Origin: Mucisphaera calidilacus
GTDB lineage: Bacteria > Planctomycetota > Phycisphaerae > Phycisphaerales > Phycisphaeraceae
Length of the DNA stretch: 32,000 nucleotides
Direction: 5' to 3'
NCBI RefSeq assembly: GCF_007748075.1
Contig: NZ_CP036280.1
Coordinates: forward strand, 2,400,001 to 2,432,000
The position numbers were made by a program, and so were the translations under genes. Of the stretch, positions 28,138-32,000 are shown in pieces. The notes beneath the pieces are model-generated. The model had not been told where the DNA came from, searched no databases, and saw only the letters and a list, made by a program, of their open reading frames with translations. Numbering within the stretch: the first letter of the stretch is position 1; every line of letters begins with the position of its first letter.

Positions 28138-29108
28138 AGCGCTCTGGACAGGACGGCGCGAAGCGGTCGGAGCAGGCTCCCCCCGCGGCGTCGGCCCCGA
28201 GCGAGCCTGTCGCCCCGACACCGGCAGCGGACGGCCCCTCGACGGAGGCGTCGCCCGGACCGTTTGCTGCGTTGCTCAGTGATCAGGACCTGACCGAGGG
28301 CCTGGACGGCGGATCGGGCTACGCGTCCGACGTGTCGGCCGAGGAGGCTTCGTTCGGCCCGATCGGCGTGATCGGGCAGGAGCACACGTCCGGCTCGTCC
28401 GCGTTTGACGACCGGATGGTGGTGGCGACCAACCCGGGTGCCCGTGCGGCGGAGGAATACCGCCTGATCCGGACGTCGCTGCTGGCGCGTTGGGAGCAGA
28501 AGCGCAACCTGGTGCACACCGTGACGAGCGCGATGCCCAAGGAGGGCAAGACGATCACCAGCCTGAATCTCGGGCTGAGCCTCGCCGAGCTGAGCGAGCG
28601 TTCGACGATCGTGATCGAGGCGGACCTGCGTCTGCCGTCGTTCGAGTCGATGCTGAACGTGGGCGCGACGGCGGGGCTTCTGGCCTGCCTGCGTGGCGAG
28701 TCGTCGCTGGAGAACGCGATCGTGCGTGTTCCGGGGACAAGCCTGAGCGTGATCACGGCAGGCGGGCGAGCCGGGCGTCAGGCGGTGGGCCTGATCGGCT
28801 CGGAGAAGATGAAGATGCTGCTGGGTCAGCTCCGATCGCGTTTTGACCACGTGATTATTGATACGCCGCCGGTGCTGGACCTCGCGGACGCGGGGATCCT
28901 GGGCGGGATCAGCGACGAGGTGTTGATGGTGGCGCGGATGCGTCACACGCCTGGCCCGCTGATCGAGCAGGCGGTGCGTGTCCTGCAGAGTTATCACACG
29001 CCGATCGGCGGCCTGATCGCGACGGATCAGGAGGCGGCGGTGGGCAGCTACCAGTATGCCTACGCGTATCGCTACCGGTACACCGAGCAGCTTCGCGAGG
29101 CGGCCTGA
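28113..29108 (+). CDS. BY-kinase-type P-loop tyrosine autokinase (CpsD/CapB-like)
   Basis: Walker A' context VTSAMPKEGKTITSLNLG. The DxD/Walker B region is VIIDTPPVLDLADA. C-terminal Tyr cluster YQYAYAYRYRY. GTG 28113 gives MGYIFDALKRS, typical of family N-termini. An alternative GTG lies at 28083. The gene overlaps the ExeA-like gene. Confidence 0.85.
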   Translation: MGYIFDALKRSGQDGAKRSEQAPPAASAPSEPVAPTPAADGPSTEASPGPFAALLSDQDLTEGLDGGSGYASDVSAEEASFGPIGVIGQEHTSGSSAFDDRMVVATNPGARAAEEYRLIRTSLLARWEQKRNLVHTVTSAMPKEGKTITSLNLGLSLAELSERSTIVIEADLRLPSFESMLNVGATAGLLACLRGESSLENAIVRVPGTSLSVITAGGRAGRQAVGLIGSEKMKMLLGQLRSRFDHVIIDTPPVLDLADAGILGGISDEVLMVARMRHTPGPLIEQAVRVLQSYHTPIGGLIATDQEAAVGSYQYAYAYRYRYTEQLREAA

Positions 29109-29134
29109 GCCCGTCGTGACTGAGGAATGGACGT

Positions 29135-29785
29135 ATGCCCAGCAGCGCCACGAGCAAGACGCCGGCCCTGATCCTCACGGAGACCCTGCCGGACCCTTAC
29201 GACAGTCACGCGACGCGTCGCCTGGGCCTGATGCTCGAGGTTCTGGCCGAGCGTCACGCGTTGTTTCTGGCGGTGATGGCGACGGGGCGGATGCACCTGC
29301 GTGCGTGGCGCCACGCGAACCGGCTGAGCAGCAGCATCACGATCGAGCCGCTGCGTGCGATTCGTCGCGGCGACCTGCCGATCTCGCGGACGGTTTCGCG
29401 TTGGGTGGACCGGGAGAACCCGCCGCTGGTGGTGACGACGTCGAGTCGTCTGTGGCCGGCGTTGCGTTGGTTCCGTGACCGGCTGGTGGTTGCGGACCTG
29501 GCGGACGAGTTGGCGGGTGCGCTGGACCCGGGGACGCAGGAGGTCCGGGCGAACGGCGGGGCGCGTCGTGTTTACCAGCAGGCGTGCCGGACGGCGGAGC
29601 GAACGCACCTGGCGCTGGTGGCTCGTCAGAGTCACGTGGGGCCGCTGCTGACGCGAGCCGGGCGGACGGTGGTGCTTCCGGACGGGCTGTTGACGCGTCT
29701 GCCTGAGATTCTTGACGCGATCGGTCGTCCCGAGGGCGGTGCGGAGGCCGATTCGTGGTCGACGCGGGTGGCGCAGGCGGCCTGA
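29135..29785 (+). CDS. GT-B (GT4-like) glycosyltransferase N-terminal half only; function unknown
   Basis: The pattern LILTETLPDPYDSHATRRLGLMLEVLAERHALFL ... VVADLADE ... THLALVARQSHVGPLL ... VVLPDG follows the N-domain of GT4 enzymes up to the inter-domain hinge. The ORF then stops at 216 aa and no C-domain (EX7E) is present. Codon bias matches neighbouring genes. Confidence 0.6.
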   Translation: MPSSATSKTPALILTETLPDPYDSHATRRLGLMLEVLAERHALFLAVMATGRMHLRAWRHANRLSSSITIEPLRAIRRGDLPISRTVSRWVDRENPPLVVTTSSRLWPALRWFRDRLVVADLADELAGALDPGTQEVRANGGARRVYQQACRTAERTHLALVARQSHVGPLLTRAGRTVVLPDGLLTRLPEILDAIGRPEGGAEADSWSTRVAQAA

Positions 29786-29814
29786 TGCGGCGTCGGCAGG
29801 TATCATGAGGGCGT

Positions 29815-30522
29815 ATGTCCCTCACCCCGGAACAGCTTTCCATGCGGCGGTCGGCGGCGTTGAGCGCCGTGATGATCGGTCTTTTCGTGGGTTCACTCGC
29901 GCTGGCGGGTTATCTCAAGGTGGAGGCAGAGACTGAAGCGCTGCCTGAGATGGCGGACGACGCGTCGGTGCGTCAGCCGTTTCGCGAGGTTGACCTGGGC
30001 GGGACGAGACTGCACGTGCCCGCGGGGTGGGTGCAGACCGAGGAAACCAACAACGAGGGCTGGCTCGATCAGACGGGGGGTTACCTGATCTTCATCGATC
30101 CGGAGCGCCCCGCGTCGCGTCGGATCCGTCTGGCCTACATCGATCAGCCGGACGGGACGCGCGTGCCGGACGTGTTCCAGAAGTTCCTTGGCGACAAGAT
30201 CAATTACTTCAAGCCGTTCGAGGAGAACATCCGGCGTTACCGGGGGAACACGCACAGCGCGACGACGGTGTCGAAGGTGTTCCCGATCGAGGTTCGGATG
30301 GAGGGCCGGGTGATCCCCGGGCGTGCGCAGATCGATTTCGCGGTGCTGCACCGGAACAACTCGGACGGCGAGCGATTCTGGCTGATCTACCTCTCGGACG
30401 TGATCCCGCCGGCGCCGGAGGGGGAGGAACTCAAGCGGATGAACGACTTCATTTTCCAGACGGCGGTGCGTCACGCGCGGCCCAAGGCGCCGTCGAGCGT
30501 GCCGGAAGCGATCGGTCCCTGA
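29815..30522 (+). CDS. Membrane-anchored hypothetical protein
   Basis: Single N-terminal TM helix (ALSAVMIGLFVGSLALAGYL), then a soluble domain of ~190 aa beginning GGTRLHVPAGWVQ. G/T-rich third positions match the other plus-strand genes here. Confidence 0.55.
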   Translation: MSLTPEQLSMRRSAALSAVMIGLFVGSLALAGYLKVEAETEALPEMADDASVRQPFREVDLGGTRLHVPAGWVQTEETNNEGWLDQTGGYLIFIDPERPASRRIRLAYIDQPDGTRVPDVFQKFLGDKINYFKPFEENIRRYRGNTHSATTVSKVFPIEVRMEGRVIPGRAQIDFAVLHRNNSDGERFWLIYLSDVIPPAPEGEELKRMNDFIFQTAVRHARPKAPSSVPEAIGP

Positions 30523-30526
30523 CGTG

Positions 30527-31780
30527 ATGATGCGTTGCTGCACCACGGTTCTGGTGGTTCTGTGTTGTCTCGTGCTGCCCGGCGTGTGCGCGGGCGCAAC
30601 GTGGTCGGAACCGATGTTCGGGATCAGCATCGACTACCCAGACACGTGCGGCGTGGTGGAGCAGACGACCGACCGGGCGCTGGTGAAATTCGTGGGTCAC
30701 GACGGCGTGGTGGGGAGTCTTTATCTGGAGACGCAGGAGCAGGACTGGGACCTGCCCGCGGTCAAGAAGCGTGCGCTGAGTCAGCTGGCGTTCGGGGCGA
30801 AGCAGCCGCTGCTGGTGGAGGAGTCGCCGCACCGGACGATGGTGGCGGATCATCGTGCGCACTGGTGGACGCTGCGGACACAGACGGAAAACGGCGGGGA
30901 CGTGCTGCTCGGTCAGTTGTTCATCATGCTCAGCCCGCGTCGGGTAGCGGTGATTCAGGTGGAGGCGGCGTGGGAGCAGCGAGACGAGGCGACGCGGCTG
31001 CTGCACGCGTTGCGCGAGGGCTTCTCGGTCGAGGCGCAGGAGCGTCTGGCGGAGGAGCACCTGGAGCGGCTGCGGGCGGGCGACCGTTGGCTCGGGGGCG
31101 TGCTGGAGGCGATGGCCACGCAGGCGGAGACGCAGACACGCTGGTATCTGATCGAGTCGGAGGGGCGGGCGATCGGGTACGAGCGGCGGGTGGTTCGTCC
31201 GACGACGGAGCTGGGTGTGTCGGGGTTGAGCGTGGAGGTGCGTCGGCACGTGGAAACGAATCGCCATCACGAGCGGACGATCGTCCGTGCGTTCGCCTCG
31301 GCGGACAGGCAGGTGGAGATCTGGGAGGCGCGGACGACGGTGACGGCGGCGGATCGACCCGGCGGTGCGGGTCTTGATTCGGCGACGACGGCGGTGCGTT
31401 CGGGGGAGGTGCTGAGCGTGACGTTCGAGTCGCCGACGCGGACCTGGCAGCGTGAGTTCCCGATCCCGGACATGGCTTATCTGCCGCTGGCGCACCAGCT
31501 GGCGATGGGTGTGGGGTGGCGTGATGCTGCGTCGGAGCCGGTGGCCTACTTCAGTTATTACATGCCGGTGGAGTTGATGGCGTTCGCGATCGCGGACGTA
31601 ACGGCGAGCCCGGCGGGCTGGGACGTTCGGCTGTACCCGGCGCCGAAGCGTGCGGCGCAGCGGCTGCGTTTTGGTCGTGACGGGGCGTTGCTGCGGCACG
31701 AGACGCCCGACGGCCGCGTGGTCCGGGTTGTGTCGCCGGGCGAGCTTCGGGCTGTTTTTGGTGACGAGCGGATACGCTGA
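30527..31780 (+). CDS. Secreted hypothetical protein
   Basis: Signal peptide MMRCCTTVLVVLCCLVLPGVCAGA. About 390 aa with no motif I recognise. The start lies 1-4 nt after the upstream TGA (GTG 30524 / ATG 30527). Confidence 0.55.
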   Translation: MMRCCTTVLVVLCCLVLPGVCAGATWSEPMFGISIDYPDTCGVVEQTTDRALVKFVGHDGVVGSLYLETQEQDWDLPAVKKRALSQLAFGAKQPLLVEESPHRTMVADHRAHWWTLRTQTENGGDVLLGQLFIMLSPRRVAVIQVEAAWEQRDEATRLLHALREGFSVEAQERLAEEHLERLRAGDRWLGGVLEAMATQAETQTRWYLIESEGRAIGYERRVVRPTTELGVSGLSVEVRRHVETNRHHERTIVRAFASADRQVEIWEARTTVTAADRPGGAGLDSATTAVRSGEVLSVTFESPTRTWQREFPIPDMAYLPLAHQLAMGVGWRDAASEPVAYFSYYMPVELMAFAIADVTASPAGWDVRLYPAPKRAAQRLRFGRDGALLRHETPDGRVVRVVSPGELRAVFGDERIR

Positions 31781-31786
31781 GGGGCT

Positions 31787-32000
31787 ATGGACGCAGAACT
31801 TCGAATTGATGCGGACGCGGACGTTCGACTGGCCATCACCGGCGCGGGTGAGAGTCACCTGAAGCTGCTGCGTGAGGCGTTGGGCGTGCAGGTGACGTCG
31901 CGTGGCGAGTCGATCCGCGTGACGGGCGATCCGGGGCCGGTGCGTCGTGCGCTGGCGGTGCTGCGTGAGCTGTCGGAGCGGGCGGAGTCGCATCAGCCGA
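31787..32000 (+). CDS. PhoH/YbeZ-like protein, N-terminal fragment (runs off window)
   Basis: My translation is MDAELRIDADADVRLAITGAGESHLKLLREALGVQVTSRGESIRVTGDPGPVRRALAVLRELSERAES. It matches the N-terminal KH-like module of PhoH-family proteins (L.L.G..D.N.K.LE..LG..I..RG..i.l.G). The ORF is open to the window end and is absent from the ORF track. Confidence 0.6.
   Translation, partial: MDAELRIDADADVRLAITGAGESHLKLLREALGVQVTSRGESIRVTGDPGPVRRALAVLRELSERAESHQP

Noticed and set aside
25011-31993. Very long minus-strand ORFs (25011..27131, 27043..28221, 27972..28997, 29072..29806, 29893..30630, 30449..31993)
   Set aside because: All are Arg/His/Gln/Pro/Leu-rich low-complexity translations with no recognisable motifs. 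Each lies antisense to a plus-strand ORF with clear family signatures. These are typical GC-driven shadow ORFs.

Overview
GC-rich bacterial chromosomal window, about 30 closely packed CDS plus one tRNA. I saw no rRNA, CRISPR array, transposase or integrase. The gene content (two PEP-CTERM-tagged proteins, a DUF1570-like peptidase, a PEP-CTERM-type EPS export module) suggests a Planctomycetota-like organism, but that is inference only. Left to right: a truncated MCP, a secreted HExxH peptidase, a CapD-type sugar dehydratase divergent from a PilZ gene, GNAT, AlgH/YqgE and MscS. Next comes a 792-aa glycine-rich PEP-CTERM protein, then a minus-strand run of aquaglyceroporin-arsM-arsS-DUF255 thioredoxin-like-tatD downstream of ilvC. 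After that: an AstE/AspA-family hydrolase, a clan GH-A-like hydrolase, a zinc-ribbon membrane protein and arsC. A 436-bp non-coding gap follows, then a spondin-like PEP-CTERM protein, TetR and tRNA-Arg. The window ends with a tightly packed plus-strand operon: phosphoglycosyl transferase, Wza-like exporter, chain-length determinant, ExeA-like ATPase, BY-kinase, three unassigned genes and the start of phoH. Most notable observations: (1) synonymous-codon and strand composition flip sign exactly in the 21.66-22.10 kb gap, with origin-type polarity and no dnaA nearby; (2) that gap is AT-enriched and bracketed by two minus-strand terminators; (3) the modular poly-GGX PEP-CTERM protein; (4) translationally coupled arsenic-organification genes fused into an operon with a redox protein; (5) an exosortase-less EPS export module followed by three uncharacterised genes, one of them a half glycosyltransferase. 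The many long Arg/His/Pro-rich ORFs opposite these genes are GC-driven shadow ORFs.
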